From an uncultured Rivularia sp. (lineage in GTDB: Bacteria > Cyanobacteriota > Cyanobacteriia > Cyanobacteriales > Nostocaceae), in contig OY762007.1 in the NCBI GenBank assembly GCA_963665115.1, positions 8,448,001-8,512,000 of the forward strand: a stretch of DNA of 64,000 bases, given 5' to 3'. The notes under the pieces are model-generated. The model did no database searches, was not told where the DNA came from, and saw only the letters and a program-made list of their open reading frames with translations. Positions 42,976-54,013 of this stretch are shown here, piece after piece; the first letter of the stretch is position 1, and every line of letters begins with the position of its first letter. The translations under genes were made by a program, and so were the position numbers.

Positions 42976-43800
42976 TCATGCACCGGCAATGTTAATTGGG
43001 CCATCAACGTTTCCACTCATAAATTGTCGAATAGAAGGATTTTCTGTGGTGTCAACTTCGGAGACTTTTCCTTCCCACTGCACTTTACCTTGATAAAGAA
43101 ACACAACTCTGTCAGCAGTACGACGAATTGTACTATGTTGGTGGGTAACGATAGAGTAGCTGCTACAAGTTCCGTTTGCACTTTGCAACTGCCGAATTAA
43201 ATCTTCGATTACCGTCGAAGCAATGGGGTCTAATCCGGCGGTAGGCTCATCGTATAGCAAAATTTCTGGTGTTTCCTCGGGCTTGTCAGGATTAGACATA
43301 ATAGCACGAGCAAAACTTACGCGCTTCCGCATTCCTCCAGAAAGTTCTGCGGGAAATCGATCCGCAACTCCGGGTAAACCTACCATTTCCAATTTTTCGT
43401 CAACCAACTCTCGAATCCTTTTTCTAGAAAGATTTGAATGTTGGTAAAGCAAAAAGCCAATATTTTCATCTACTGTTAGCGAGTCGAATAAAGCCGCTTG
43501 CTGAAAAACCATGCCAATTCCAACTGCATCGGCTCCATCTTCTATCAAACCTTCTCGTCGCACCCCTTGTACATAAATTTCTCCTTCATCGGCAGGAGTT
43601 AACCCGGCAATTATCCGCAGAATAGTAGATTTCCCAGTACCGCTAGGGCCAATTATTCCTAATGCGTCTCCCCGGTGAATTGTAAAATCTACTTTATCTA
43701 AAATCTTGTTGCTACCAAACGACTTGGAAACACCTTTTAATTCAATTAGTGGTTGTTCTAATGGTTGTTCTAGTGGTTGTTCTAATATTTGTTCTGTCAT
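42976..43800 (-). CDS. MlaF/TGD3-type ABC ATPase
   Basis: GPSGTGKS, LSGGMRKRV, YDEPTAGLDP; upstream of the MCE gene. Confidence 0.92.
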   Translation of the reverse strand: MTEQILEQPLEQPLEQPLIELKGVSKSFGSNKILDKVDFTIHRGDALGIIGPSGTGKSTILRIIAGLTPADEGEIYVQGVRREGLIEDGADAVGIGMVFQQAALFDSLTVDENIGFLLYQHSNLSRKRIRELVDEKLEMVGLPGVADRFPAELSGGMRKRVSFARAIMSNPDKPEETPEILLYDEPTAGLDPIASTVIEDLIRQLQSANGTCSSYSIVTHQHSTIRRTADRVVFLYQGKVQWEGKVSEVDTTENPSIRQFMSGNVDGPINIAGA

Positions 43801-43902
43801 TACTACATTGTGAAAGTAGGTGGATAGTGGTTAGTGGATAGTGGATAGTGGATAGTAGCTTTTAACAACTAACAACTAACAACTAACAATCAACAACTAA
43901 TA

Positions 43903-45441
43903 ATGGAAAATTTTGATGTCATAGTCATTGGTAGTGGTATCGGTGGGCTAACTGCTGCTGGATTACTCAGTCGTTACGGAAAGCGGGTAATAGTCTGCGA
44001 AAGCCATACAGTAGCGGGTGGTGCTGCTCATAACTTTCGACGGCAAGGATTTGAATTTGATTCTGGCCCTTCATTCTATTGTGGACTTAGTGACGCTCGA
44101 AGTTTGAATCCTGTAAAACAAGTCCTCGATATTTTAGGCGAATCTCTCCAAACTGTACCTTACGATCCTCTCGGACACTATCATTTTCCTGAAGGTAGTT
44201 TTGCAGTTTACTGTAATTACCAGCGTTACCGGGAAGAAGTGGCTAAAATTACGCCCCAAGGAGCAAGGGAATTAGCAGAATTTGAAAAACGTTTGTTGCC
44301 GCTATATGAAGCGATGAAAGGTATTCCGACTTTGGCTTTGCGGGCTGATTGGCAGTTAATTCCGATTTTATTAAGTCGTTATTTACCGTCTTTATTAAAA
44401 ATGCTGCCCAATTTGCCTTTAGTACAAAGTTCTGTGGGTTCTGTGATGGATGCCACGGTTAAGGATTCTTGGGTAAGACGACTAATCGATCTTGAATGCT
44501 TTCTATTGTCAGGTTTAAAAGCAAGCGGCACCATTGCCCCGGAAGTAGCATTTATGTTGGGAGAACGTTCTAATACTGCAATCGAATATCCTTTGGGAGG
44601 TGGTAGCGCAATTATAGATGCTTTGGTTAACGGGTTGAAAAAATGGGGTGGGGAGTTACGCTTGGGATGTCATGTAGAAAAAATTATTGTAGAAAATGGT
44701 CAAGCTGTAGGAGTAAGATTATCCCCCCAGCCCCCCTTAAAAAAGGGGGGTGAAGAAGTTATAAAAGCTCCGATAGTAATTTCCAACGCTACAATTTGGG
44801 ATACTTACAGCAAATTATTACTTCCTGAAGATTTACCAGCATCTTACCGCCAAGCAGCTTTAGATACTCCCGCCGTGGAAAGCTTTATGCATTTACACTT
44901 AGGCTTTCGCAGCGAAGGTTTAGAAAATTTGACGGGACATCATGTAGTAGTTCACGATGCTCAAAAAGATATTAGCGTACCGGGAAACACCTGCATGATT
45001 TCTATTCCTACTGTTTGGGATAGTTCCTTAGCTCCAGAAAACCATCATGTAGTTCACGCTTATACCTTGGAACCATTTGCAGGATGGGAGAAAGATCGAC
45101 GTTATGAAGAGAAAAAGAAAGACAAAGCCCAAACCTTATATAGAGCCATAGAAAAAGTAATTCCAGATATTAGAGAGCGTGTGGCTTTAGAATTAATCGG
45201 TACGCCGTTAACTCATGCTCGTTATTTAAGAAGATATCGGGGAACTTATGGTCCGGCGATCGCAGCAGGTAAGGGGATGTTTCCCAGCCAAAGTACGCCT
45301 ATCAAAGGATTGTATCGTGTTGGTGACAGCACCACGCCGGGTATTGGAGTTCCTGCGGTGGCTGCTAGCGGTATTTTGTGCGCGAATTCTTTGGTGAAGC
45401 GGGAGCAGGTGATGGAGTTGGTGGAATCTTTGAATTTTTAG
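43903..45441 (+). CDS. Phytoene desaturase/carotenoid isomerase-like FAD oxidoreductase
   Basis: IGSGIGGL, FDSGPS, GTPLTH, PGIGVPAVAASG. Confidence 0.88.
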   Translation: MENFDVIVIGSGIGGLTAAGLLSRYGKRVIVCESHTVAGGAAHNFRRQGFEFDSGPSFYCGLSDARSLNPVKQVLDILGESLQTVPYDPLGHYHFPEGSFAVYCNYQRYREEVAKITPQGARELAEFEKRLLPLYEAMKGIPTLALRADWQLIPILLSRYLPSLLKMLPNLPLVQSSVGSVMDATVKDSWVRRLIDLECFLLSGLKASGTIAPEVAFMLGERSNTAIEYPLGGGSAIIDALVNGLKKWGGELRLGCHVEKIIVENGQAVGVRLSPQPPLKKGGEEVIKAPIVISNATIWDTYSKLLLPEDLPASYRQAALDTPAVESFMHLHLGFRSEGLENLTGHHVVVHDAQKDISVPGNTCMISIPTVWDSSLAPENHHVVHAYTLEPFAGWEKDRRYEEKKKDKAQTLYRAIEKVIPDIRERVALELIGTPLTHARYLRRYRGTYGPAIAAGKGMFPSQSTPIKGLYRVGDSTTPGIGVPAVAASGILCANSLVKREQVMELVESLNF

Positions 45442-45461
45442 GTATCTGGCGGTTTTGGCGA

Positions 45462-45497
45462 GGTACATTCGGACGGGCAGGGATGCCCATCCCACAA
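45462..45497 (+). repeat. 36-bp REP-like repeat identical to 54244-54279
   Basis: GGTACATTCGGACGGGCAGGGATGCCCATCCCACAA at both sites. Confidence 0.85.
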
Positions 45498-45570
45498 AAG
45501 TATCTGGCGGTTGAAACCGCTGCTACACAAACGAAACCCAGCTGCGTGGGTTTAAATTTAAATCTATAAT

Positions 45571-46209
45571 TTAAATCTGACAGATTGCTTTGAGTACCTG
45601 TAATAATTCAACTGCTCGTTTTGGTTCCATTAAGTTTAATAATGGCATCAGATAATAAATTGTCGGATTTCCCTGTTGTATATATACAAATTGATAATAT
45701 TGTCCGTTGGAAACTAATCCCCAAACAGATTTTTGATTCTGCAAGCTTTCATAGGCATATGTTAGCAGTTGAGGTAAACCTACAGTTGGTGAAATGCTGC
45801 AATTTTTAGATTCAACTACTAATAACAAAAAATATGTTTTATCTTTTATTTCTATAAATTTATTTACAAAGATAATATCAAATTTAGCAGTAAGTTTTAT
45901 ACCTTCGTCTTCCGTTATAAATTCACCGATATTTTCCTCTGAATTAACTAGAATGGAATGAGAACGAAAGAAACCTGACAAATGCATTAAAGGAGCAATT
46001 ACAAAAAATGACACATCTCCTTCATCAACTTGTCTAGTAGTAAGTAATCTATCAAATTTATTTCTAATCTGTAAAAGTTCCTGCTGTTCTAATTCTGTTA
46101 AACGCTCTAGAGATAATAAGGAAGCGAACGAGTCATTATAATCTTCTTGAAATCCGAGAAGACGCTGAACATCTTCTAACGATAAATTACGAGCATTGAG
46201 AAGAGTCAT
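45571..46209 (-). CDS. Cyanobacterial PD-(D/E)xK protein (type I restriction subunit R N-terminal-like)
   Basis: FDII..LVVESK..GLPQLLTYAY..VWGLVSNG. Confidence 0.8.
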   Translation of the reverse strand: MTLLNARNLSLEDVQRLLGFQEDYNDSFASLLSLERLTELEQQELLQIRNKFDRLLTTRQVDEGDVSFFVIAPLMHLSGFFRSHSILVNSEENIGEFITEDEGIKLTAKFDIIFVNKFIEIKDKTYFLLLVVESKNCSISPTVGLPQLLTYAYESLQNQKSVWGLVSNGQYYQFVYIQQGNPTIYYLMPLLNLMEPKRAVELLQVLKAICQI

Positions 46210-46569
46210 GATTATATTAGTGTTATTTAATTATTTACTTGTGTAACTAATTGCCACAGTATTTTTGAATTTATCTTATTTGATTATTGAAAAATTTATT
46301 AATGCAGGATAAGCGCATCTACCAAAAGAGATGGAAATGAAAAGTTTAATTTGATCGAATCCGATTTATTCTCTTTCTTCAGATAGAAGTGATATACAGT
46401 AAAGTTATCTAAACTACAGATTAACAAAAGTTTATATTCAGTTTTCCTAAGCATTAACTTGCTGTTAAAAATGAAAATTATTTTCGATGGTGATTGAATT
46501 AGGAAGCAGTCTTCAATTAATGATTGCTGCAAATTGAATATATAACTGTATTAAGGAGATTTGCAGATT

Positions 46570-47145
46570 ATGAGTAGACTTAAAAATAATAGCGTGACTG
46601 CTAAAAAAGGTTTAAATATCGGTAATTTAATTAAGAAAATTGGTAAAACAAACGGCGCGATCGCAATAGCATTTTTGGCTTTAGTACTTCCTGCTTGCGA
46701 TACAAACGATAAGATAGGTGAAGTAGAACCAGTAGAACAGCCAGGAGCGACAAATACAGGAGATACAGCAACTACGCAAGTCCCCCCAGATACAACAGGT
46801 GCAGGGGAACCAGATATGCAGGTTAATACGCCTGAAGGTGCGGCATTACCTAACGCGGAATTAATTGGAGAGACTGTAACAGTTAGTACCAAAGTAAAAG
46901 AAATTGTTGGTCCAAAAGCATTTATCGTTTACGATAAAGAATCTCTACGCGGACAAGATGTTTTAGTAGTGAGCAGTCAAGATGCTCCTCCTGTTGGTAC
47001 AAATATCGAAGTAACTGGAGTAATCGAGAACTTTGACGCTGCGGTAATCAAGAAAGATTACGGTTTTGATTTTACTCCAGATTTAGTTCAGCTTTATACG
47101 AATAAGCCTTATCTAGCTGCTAAAGCAATGGAAAAAGTAGATTAA
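46570..47145 (+). CDS. Hypothetical lipoprotein
   Basis: Lipobox LPAC; LIGETVTV OB-fold-like C-terminus. Confidence 0.7.
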   Translation: MSRLKNNSVTAKKGLNIGNLIKKIGKTNGAIAIAFLALVLPACDTNDKIGEVEPVEQPGATNTGDTATTQVPPDTTGAGEPDMQVNTPEGAALPNAELIGETVTVSTKVKEIVGPKAFIVYDKESLRGQDVLVVSSQDAPPVGTNIEVTGVIENFDAAVIKKDYGFDFTPDLVQLYTNKPYLAAKAMEKVD

Positions 47146-47242
47146 TTTTTTCTAGTTTTAAAAATTTGAAGTATATAGAAACCTGGTTTTTTGGAAAAAC
47201 CGGGTTTTTGGATTATTAGAAGTTAGATAGTATAAATCATAA

Positions 47243-47575
47243 TCAAGCAACAGCATAACCTGTATGTGGTCTAACATTAGGTGGATGAAAACCTAAAACA
47301 ATTTTATCTTTAGGAATTCCAGCTGCTTCTAAGTCGTAAGTTACACCATCTTCCGTATCATCTCGCTGCACCCATATTTTGCCATCAATAATTTCTAGAT
47401 GAATTAAACAACCGTGAATTCGTTTTGGGCCATGCCATCCTAAAGTTACTATACAATAATTATCATTTTCGCTATCAAAAACCGTTCTATATTCAATCTC
47501 TCCATAAGAATAAGGAATTTTGGTATATTCAATTAACGTTTCTTTGATAATATTTTGATAATCTAAGGTATCCAT
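47243..47575 (-). CDS. XisI family protein
   Basis: RIHGCLIHLEIIDGKIWVQRDDTE, AGIPKDKIVLGFHPP..TGYAVA. Confidence 0.92.
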   Translation of the reverse strand: MDTLDYQNIIKETLIEYTKIPYSYGEIEYRTVFDSENDNYCIVTLGWHGPKRIHGCLIHLEIIDGKIWVQRDDTEDGVTYDLEAAGIPKDKIVLGFHPPNVRPHTGYAVA

Positions 47576-47743
47576 TGTGATTGTTTAATATTTTTTTATT
47601 TTCTCACACACATCTGGGAATGCAATTCCAAGGCGGTATTGAGAATGGTGCCAGATGTGAGATAAATAGGACTGATAAAATATATAATCTATTGTACAAA
47701 TTTCTTCTATTCACTGTTCCCCGTTGCCTTTTCAACCGATCAC

Positions 47744-49009
47744 CTAACACCAAATCCCCACAACTTTCCCTTTTAATTCTTTCCCCAGCCACGGTGTATT
47801 GCTCGATAAACTATGCAAATTTCTACTCTCAATTTTCCAAGTTTCCTGGGGATTAAATAAAGTTAATTCGGCTTTTTCACCAACTGCAATTTTACTCAAA
47901 CTTTGCTTTATACATTCTGCTGCATTTGTAGAAAGCGCTCTCCATAATTCCAAAGCTGTAAATTCACCTGTTTCTACCAAATTTTTCCACAACAAAGGTA
48001 ACGCTAATTCCAAACCTATGGCTCCTGGAGGTGCTTGAGCAAAAGCTACGGTTTTTTCTTCGTAAGTATATGGTGAATGATCGATCGCTATGGCATCTAA
48101 AATTCCTTCGCTCACTCCCCGACGCAATGCCATCATATCTTCTGGATTACCCAAGGGTGGCTTTAAATTTAAGGCTGTATGATAACTTTTTACAGAAGAA
48201 GTATCGAATAACAGATGCATCCAAGTAGTGCTAGCGGTGATGGGTAAACCTTTGGCTTTGGCATTTTCGATTAATTCCACACTTCTAGCTGTAGAAACCC
48301 GCATGATATGAGTCGGCGTGAATGTGCTAGCAACTAATTCGAGTAAAGCGGCGATTGCTGAAGTCTCCGAAATTGCCGGATTTCCCGGTAAACCCCATTG
48401 AATCGAATCCGCACCCTCACGCATAATTCCATCTGAGGAAATATTGCGATCGCAACACCAAAAAGCTGCGGGTTTTCTCAATGGTTGCAGATATTCCAGC
48501 ACTCGACGTACTAAGGCTAAATTGTTCAAAGCTTCACCATCAGTAAAACCAACAATTCCCGCATTTTTTAAATCTGCTAATTCCGTCATTTTTTCACCTT
48601 TAACATCTTTGGTAATTGCACCCCAAATGTTAAGCAGAGGAAGAGACGAGGAATTTGAACCTTTACGAAGCTGCTGCAATTGTGCGACAACTGCGGGATT
48701 ATCAATAGTTGGAGATGTATCCGGTAAAAGAGTAACACGAGTGAAACCACCTGCCGCAGCAGCTTTGAGCAGAGAAGCAACAGTTTCCCTTTCTTCAAAA
48801 CCTGGTTCCCCAGAATGACTGTACAAATCAACCAATCCAGGGCCTAAAATTAAAGATGCACAATCACGAATAGAAGTATCATCGGGGATATCAGAAATTT
48901 TATCCGCAACTGACTTAATATAACCATCTTCAATCAACACATCAGCAACTCTATCGGTATTAGATACAGGATTAATAACTCTTACTTTTTGTAATAATTC
49001 TTTTGTCAT
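47744..49009 (-). CDS. pyrC: Dihydroorotase-like protein
   Basis: GPGLVDLYSHSGEPGFEERET, AAAGGFT, IAIDHSP, SSNTPW. Confidence 0.88.
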   Translation of the reverse strand: MTKELLQKVRVINPVSNTDRVADVLIEDGYIKSVADKISDIPDDTSIRDCASLILGPGLVDLYSHSGEPGFEERETVASLLKAAAAGGFTRVTLLPDTSPTIDNPAVVAQLQQLRKGSNSSSLPLLNIWGAITKDVKGEKMTELADLKNAGIVGFTDGEALNNLALVRRVLEYLQPLRKPAAFWCCDRNISSDGIMREGADSIQWGLPGNPAISETSAIAALLELVASTFTPTHIMRVSTARSVELIENAKAKGLPITASTTWMHLLFDTSSVKSYHTALNLKPPLGNPEDMMALRRGVSEGILDAIAIDHSPYTYEEKTVAFAQAPPGAIGLELALPLLWKNLVETGEFTALELWRALSTNAAECIKQSLSKIAVGEKAELTLFNPQETWKIESRNLHSLSSNTPWLGKELKGKVVGIWC

Positions 49010-49178
49010 ATTGTTAGTTGATAGTTGCTAATAGTGTTGCATAAACCGGGTTTCTATTCATGGGATATCGAATATTTTTATGCTTAATTGAGAAGAAACC
49101 CGGTTTCTGAGGTTTTAACATTAAGTTAATAAATCACTTCTTACTGATAATTGATAATTGATAATTGTTAATTGTCTT

Positions 49179-50531
49179 TCACACCGCTCCAGTTACAGTT
49201 TCATCGAATACGCTTCCTGTTAAATAAGAAGTAAAATTAATTCCTTGCACTACAGGGAAACTATCTAACCCTTTGGGGTAATCAATTACATTTAAAGAAC
49301 AGTTGCTCTGACGAAAATTCCAAAAATGTTCTGCTGATAATCCTAAAATATGACAAAGTAAAATTTGATTGGTACCTCCATGAGCAACTATTAATACGGT
49401 GTTTAATTTATCGGTTAATGCTGCTGCAATAATTGACTCGTAAACTTCAACTGTACGCTGCCAAACTTGCTGAAAGTTTTCTCCCGCAGGCATTTGGAAT
49501 TGTTCTGGTGTTTCTCGCCAACGCTGCAATTCTCCAGGGAATTCTTGCTCAATTTCTGTCTCTAATTTTCCTTCCCAAAAGCCGTGAATTATTTCTTTAA
49601 ATCCATCGTTTAATTCTAATTTAACGCCTTGATGCTGCTGTAATATAATTTCTGCGGTTTCTTTAGCACGCAACAAGGAACTACTATATGCTTTGTCTAT
49701 AGATACATTTTTGATAAATTCAGCGACTTTCTTTGACTGCAATTTACCATTCTCATTAAGTGAAATATCAACTTGTCCTTGATACCTACTTTCCTTATTC
49801 CATTCAGTTTCTCCGTGACGGACTAATAATAATCTAATTCCTCGATGATTGGGACGCAATGGAGGTAAAGTTGCTCCCATATGTTGGATTTGATTGAATG
49901 ATTCTATCTGAACTTTTTCATCTAGATTCCCAACAAAATTGAGGACGTTGATGCAACAATTAGATTGCTGAATGCGCTGCATATAACTGGGAGCAATTTT
50001 AATCGCAGTTTGAATTAAACATCGATTGATACAGCTATGAGCAACTACAAGAATAGTTTGATTTTGATGTTTGGGTAAAATTTCTTGCCAAAATTCTTTT
50101 GCTTGTTCGTATAGTGCCAAAACCGGAAAATATTCGACGGTTGTTTCACCATCTTGAACGAGCATTCGCAACTTGTCGGGGTTTTCTTTCCAAATTTTAT
50201 GTTCTTCGGGAAAATTTTCTTGTATTTCTGTAGAAAGCATTCCCTCCCACAAAGGTAAGTGAATTTCCTTGATTTTTTGATTTACTTGCAGAGCGGGAAT
50301 ATCACCTAAATTCGCTTTGATTTCACCGTGGATAATTTCTGCGGTTTGTTTTGCTCTTTTAAGGGGACTGCAATAAATCGCATCGAATGAAATATTACTG
50401 AGTGCTTTACCTACTTTTCGCGCATCACTACAACCTTTTTCTGTTAATACCGATTTATCTAAATGTCCTTGAATGCGTCTAACGGTATTATAAGTGCTTT
50501 GTCCGTGGCGTACTATAATTACTCGCGTCAA
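49179..50531 (-). CDS. Two-domain histidine phosphatase
   Basis: Two RHG motifs (VRHGQS, VRHGETEWN); TTG start with upstream AGGAGG. Confidence 0.9.
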   Translation of the reverse strand: MTRVIIVRHGQSTYNTVRRIQGHLDKSVLTEKGCSDARKVGKALSNISFDAIYCSPLKRAKQTAEIIHGEIKANLGDIPALQVNQKIKEIHLPLWEGMLSTEIQENFPEEHKIWKENPDKLRMLVQDGETTVEYFPVLALYEQAKEFWQEILPKHQNQTILVVAHSCINRCLIQTAIKIAPSYMQRIQQSNCCINVLNFVGNLDEKVQIESFNQIQHMGATLPPLRPNHRGIRLLLVRHGETEWNKESRYQGQVDISLNENGKLQSKKVAEFIKNVSIDKAYSSSLLRAKETAEIILQQHQGVKLELNDGFKEIIHGFWEGKLETEIEQEFPGELQRWRETPEQFQMPAGENFQQVWQRTVEVYESIIAAALTDKLNTVLIVAHGGTNQILLCHILGLSAEHFWNFRQSNCSLNVIDYPKGLDSFPVVQGINFTSYLTGSVFDETVTGAV

Positions 50532-50726
50532 AATTCCCCTCCTTTCTCTCAAGAGATAATTCTACTTGAAAGTGGGTAAAATTTGGGAATTGGGCATTGG
50601 GCAGGAAATGATTAATATATTTTGTTCTAAATATAGAATCAAAATATTTAACCCGCAATCGCGGGTTAAATTGTCCTAAATTAATTTTAAAAGTTCACCT
50701 GGAAATATAAAACGGTTATTTAGCAG

Positions 50727-51107
50727 TTATCTCACATTCTTCCGTTTCTCGGTATTAGTCAAATCAAACTGCACCTGAAATCCATCATTACCGTTAAGGC
50801 TTTCTTCTCCAGGTTCTAAATATACAGGTGTATTGTTGATTTGAACTTGCTCTCTAATTCTCCGAAAATCACCCGTATTTTGCTGTATACTACTATCCAC
50901 AGATGCGCTCGAAGGTTGAGCGTTAAAAAAGATGGGAAAATCTTGATCGGCTGTTCTTTGGTTGATTCCCATCAAAGAATCACCAGATAAAGTATAGCCT
51001 TTGCCATTTGTATTTCTGGAAGACTGGGCGCTAACAGGATTGGCAATACTTGCGACAGTTGCTGCTATTCCTAAAACAGCTAAAATCTTAATTCTTAACG
51101 TTATCAT
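50727..51107 (-). CDS. Secreted hypothetical protein
   Basis: Signal peptide ending VSA-Q; TLSGDSL..I..RT. Confidence 0.65.
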   Translation of the reverse strand: MITLRIKILAVLGIAATVASIANPVSAQSSRNTNGKGYTLSGDSLMGINQRTADQDFPIFFNAQPSSASVDSSIQQNTGDFRRIREQVQINNTPVYLEPGEESLNGNDGFQVQFDLTNTEKRKNVR

Positions 51108-51356
51108 CCACACTCCGTTATATCTCTGCGATAATTTACTTATAAAATATTCAGTCGCCATTATATGCGACTCCATCTTAAAAAACCTTAGTCTATATAC
51201 CTATTTTATCAGGTTCTTATTTGCTTGGTGATTTGAAATTTTTATTGTGTCAATGATTGCTAATTATTTTAATTTTTGTTACGTAGATAGATTGATTGTT
51301 CTAGGGAGCAGTGATAAGCAAATAGTAGAAAGAATTAATTTGTTTTAAGAGGATTT

Positions 51357-53177
51357 TTAAATAGAAAACACAATTGTAAAAGTTGTTTGTCCGGCTTGAC
51401 TATCTAATTGGACGGTTGCATCTAAAAGTTCTACCAACTTCTTTACTAAAGCTAACCCAATTCCGGTTCCTCCATGCTTCCAGGGGTCATGAGAGGGAAT
51501 GCGATAAAATTTTTCAAAAATAGATTGTTGTTCTTCTACAGGTATTTCTATTCCCGAATTACTAACGCCCAGATAAACTTTACGATCTTTTTCTTCAGCA
51601 GTGACGCTAATTGTTTCTTGCGCTGGAGTGTATTTACAGGCATTGGTAATTAGTTCGTTAATTACCCTTTCTAAGAGAGAAACATCTGACTGTAGCGGAG
51701 ATATTTCTTCAGGAATATTAATAACTAACTGTTGCTGTTGTCGTTCGGCTTGCTCTTTAAAAGGCTCTACTATTTGAGGAATAAACCTTTGTAAATCAAT
51801 CAATTCAGGAACTAAAGTGGCATTGTCAGCATCAAGATAACAAAGTGTCAGTAAGTCGTTAACCGATTTATTTTGTTGCTGACAAGAACCTTTAAAAATC
51901 TTGAATACGCGCTGAAATTGCTGGGATTGAAGAGCTTTTATATCTTGAGTTTCAATTAGTTTTTCTAAAGTTTGTGAAGCTAGTAATATACTAGTCATCG
52001 GGGTACGTAGTTCGTGAGAAATGCTTTTCAGAAAATCGTCTTTAAGATTATTAAGTTTTTCCAGTTCTTTTATTTGAGCTTGAGATTTTTCGTAAAGTCT
52101 GGCTTGACGAATGGCGATCGCGCACTGATTGGCTACTTGTTCGACTAAGTTTATTTCTAATTCGTCAAATACTTCTTCTTCAACTTTAAGTAACCAGAGA
52201 TTGCCTAAAATACCTTGGTCATCAAATATCGGACAAACCAGTCGATTTACTCGCTTTTTACTAAAATTAAGTTGAGGAATTCTTTCTACAAACTGGAGAG
52301 ATTGTTTCTGTAATAGCTGTTCGTAAAGTTCTGGGTAGTCTGCTACTTGTTTGGTTATTCCCCGGTGAATAGGCTGCGTTGCTTTATATTCATAAACAAT
52401 AGTTGCTAATGTCTGAGAATTATCGTAGAGTTCGATTTTGCAGCGTTCAATATCTAAAATCTGTCCCAATTCTTGGGTTACTTTCTGTAATATATGAGTT
52501 TCATCTAAACTATCTCTAATTTTCTCGGTAACACGCCTGATTAATGCTTCAAACTGAACCGCTTTTTCTAATCTTGCAGTACGACTTTTAACTTTTCTTT
52601 CTAAATAAGTATTGAGACTCTGCACTCGCTGATAAAGTTCGGCTTGTTGCACTGCGATTCCAACATGATTTGCCAAAAGTTTTAGCAATTCAATTTCTGA
52701 TGACTTCCATTTACGAGCAGATTTACAATGTTGAACAATTAAGAGTCCCCATAACTTTTCCTCTGCGATAATAGGCACTACTAAATTAGCTTTGACATCA
52801 AAATTCGCGAGAAAATTCACGTAACATAAAGTCAATTCCTCTGCTTCAATATCTTCTATAACTTCAACTTGCCCCTGTCTGTATTGTTCTATATGTTGTT
52901 CGTTAATCCAAGAATCATCAATTTTGGAACCAATCACAGCGGTATAGGGTGCAATCGCCGATTCAGCAATCATTAACCCGCTCCAATCTTGCTCAAAACG
53001 GTAGACTAACACCCTATCAGTTTGCAGAAATAATCTAACTTCTTCTACAGTCTGGTTGATTATAGAATCTAAATCCAACGACTGCCGAATTCGCAGGGCG
53101 ATCGCTCCTAACAATCGTTCCCGCTCGACTTGAGATGCAAATATTTTTTTGTGGGCTTCTGAGATCGGTTTAGACAA
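51357..53177 (-). CDS. Double-GAF sensor histidine kinase
   Basis: RIRQSLDL GAF1 with Cys in LCY; GAF2; SHELRTP, NACKY, GGTGIGL. Confidence 0.92.
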   Translation of the reverse strand: MSKPISEAHKKIFASQVERERLLGAIALRIRQSLDLDSIINQTVEEVRLFLQTDRVLVYRFEQDWSGLMIAESAIAPYTAVIGSKIDDSWINEQHIEQYRQGQVEVIEDIEAEELTLCYVNFLANFDVKANLVVPIIAEEKLWGLLIVQHCKSARKWKSSEIELLKLLANHVGIAVQQAELYQRVQSLNTYLERKVKSRTARLEKAVQFEALIRRVTEKIRDSLDETHILQKVTQELGQILDIERCKIELYDNSQTLATIVYEYKATQPIHRGITKQVADYPELYEQLLQKQSLQFVERIPQLNFSKKRVNRLVCPIFDDQGILGNLWLLKVEEEVFDELEINLVEQVANQCAIAIRQARLYEKSQAQIKELEKLNNLKDDFLKSISHELRTPMTSILLASQTLEKLIETQDIKALQSQQFQRVFKIFKGSCQQQNKSVNDLLTLCYLDADNATLVPELIDLQRFIPQIVEPFKEQAERQQQQLVINIPEEISPLQSDVSLLERVINELITNACKYTPAQETISVTAEEKDRKVYLGVSNSGIEIPVEEQQSIFEKFYRIPSHDPWKHGGTGIGLALVKKLVELLDATVQLDSQAGQTTFTIVFSI

Positions 53178-53395
53178 AAATACTCAATCCACAATCTATA
53201 ATTACAATTCGTTTGAAAATTTAATATTTTCTTTACTATCTTAACATTCTTTGTAACAAAATATTATTGTTTGTTGCTTATTTTGAACAACTTAGACCGA
53301 AGTCAATCATTAACAAATGCTTAACTAAGGATTGACAGTTAAATTATCATGTTACGTTTTATTAAGGCAAACTAAAAAAGCACTCTTGTCAAAAA

Positions 53396-54013
53396 ATGTT
53401 AGTAACAGAGGTGATGAAAAAAGAGCAAATTTTGAGACAATATATATTGGGAGAAAGAGATTTTAGAAATATTGATTTGTCTCAAATAACTCTTTGTCAA
53501 GTAAACTTATCTTCAAGCGATTTTTCTCAAGCGATTTTAACTCAAGCGAATCTTAAAGGTATTAATTTAAGTCAAGCATTATTGGCTGAAGCTGATTTAA
53601 CGAAGGCTTTTTTAGAGCAAGCGATTTTATGCGGAGCTTCCATGCAGCTAGCGAATTTGAGTCAAGCTGTTTTGACAAAAGCCGATTTGAGAGAGGTAAA
53701 TCTGTGCGAAGCGCTACTATATCAAGCTTCATTAAGGAAAGCTCAGTTGCAAAGAGCGAATTTGAGTCAGGCTATTTTACGAAGGGCATTTTTGCGAGAA
53801 GCAAATTTGAGTCAAGCTAATTTAGGGCAAGCTAATTTAGGGCAAGCTAATTTGATTAATGCGGATTTGAAGGGAGCTTCTTTGGTAGAAGCGAATTTAG
53901 AAGGAGCTTCCTTGGTAGAAGCGAATTTAGAAGGAGCGAATTTGGAAGGAGCGAATTTGAATCGGGCTATTTTAACTGGTGCAGTGATGCCTGATGGCAG
54001 TGTTTATGGGTAA
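53396..54013 (+). CDS. Pentapeptide repeat protein
   Basis: YILGERDF start, ANL repeats, GAVMPDG end. Confidence 0.9.
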   Translation: MLVTEVMKKEQILRQYILGERDFRNIDLSQITLCQVNLSSSDFSQAILTQANLKGINLSQALLAEADLTKAFLEQAILCGASMQLANLSQAVLTKADLREVNLCEALLYQASLRKAQLQRANLSQAILRRAFLREANLSQANLGQANLGQANLINADLKGASLVEANLEGASLVEANLEGANLEGANLNRAILTGAVMPDGSVYG

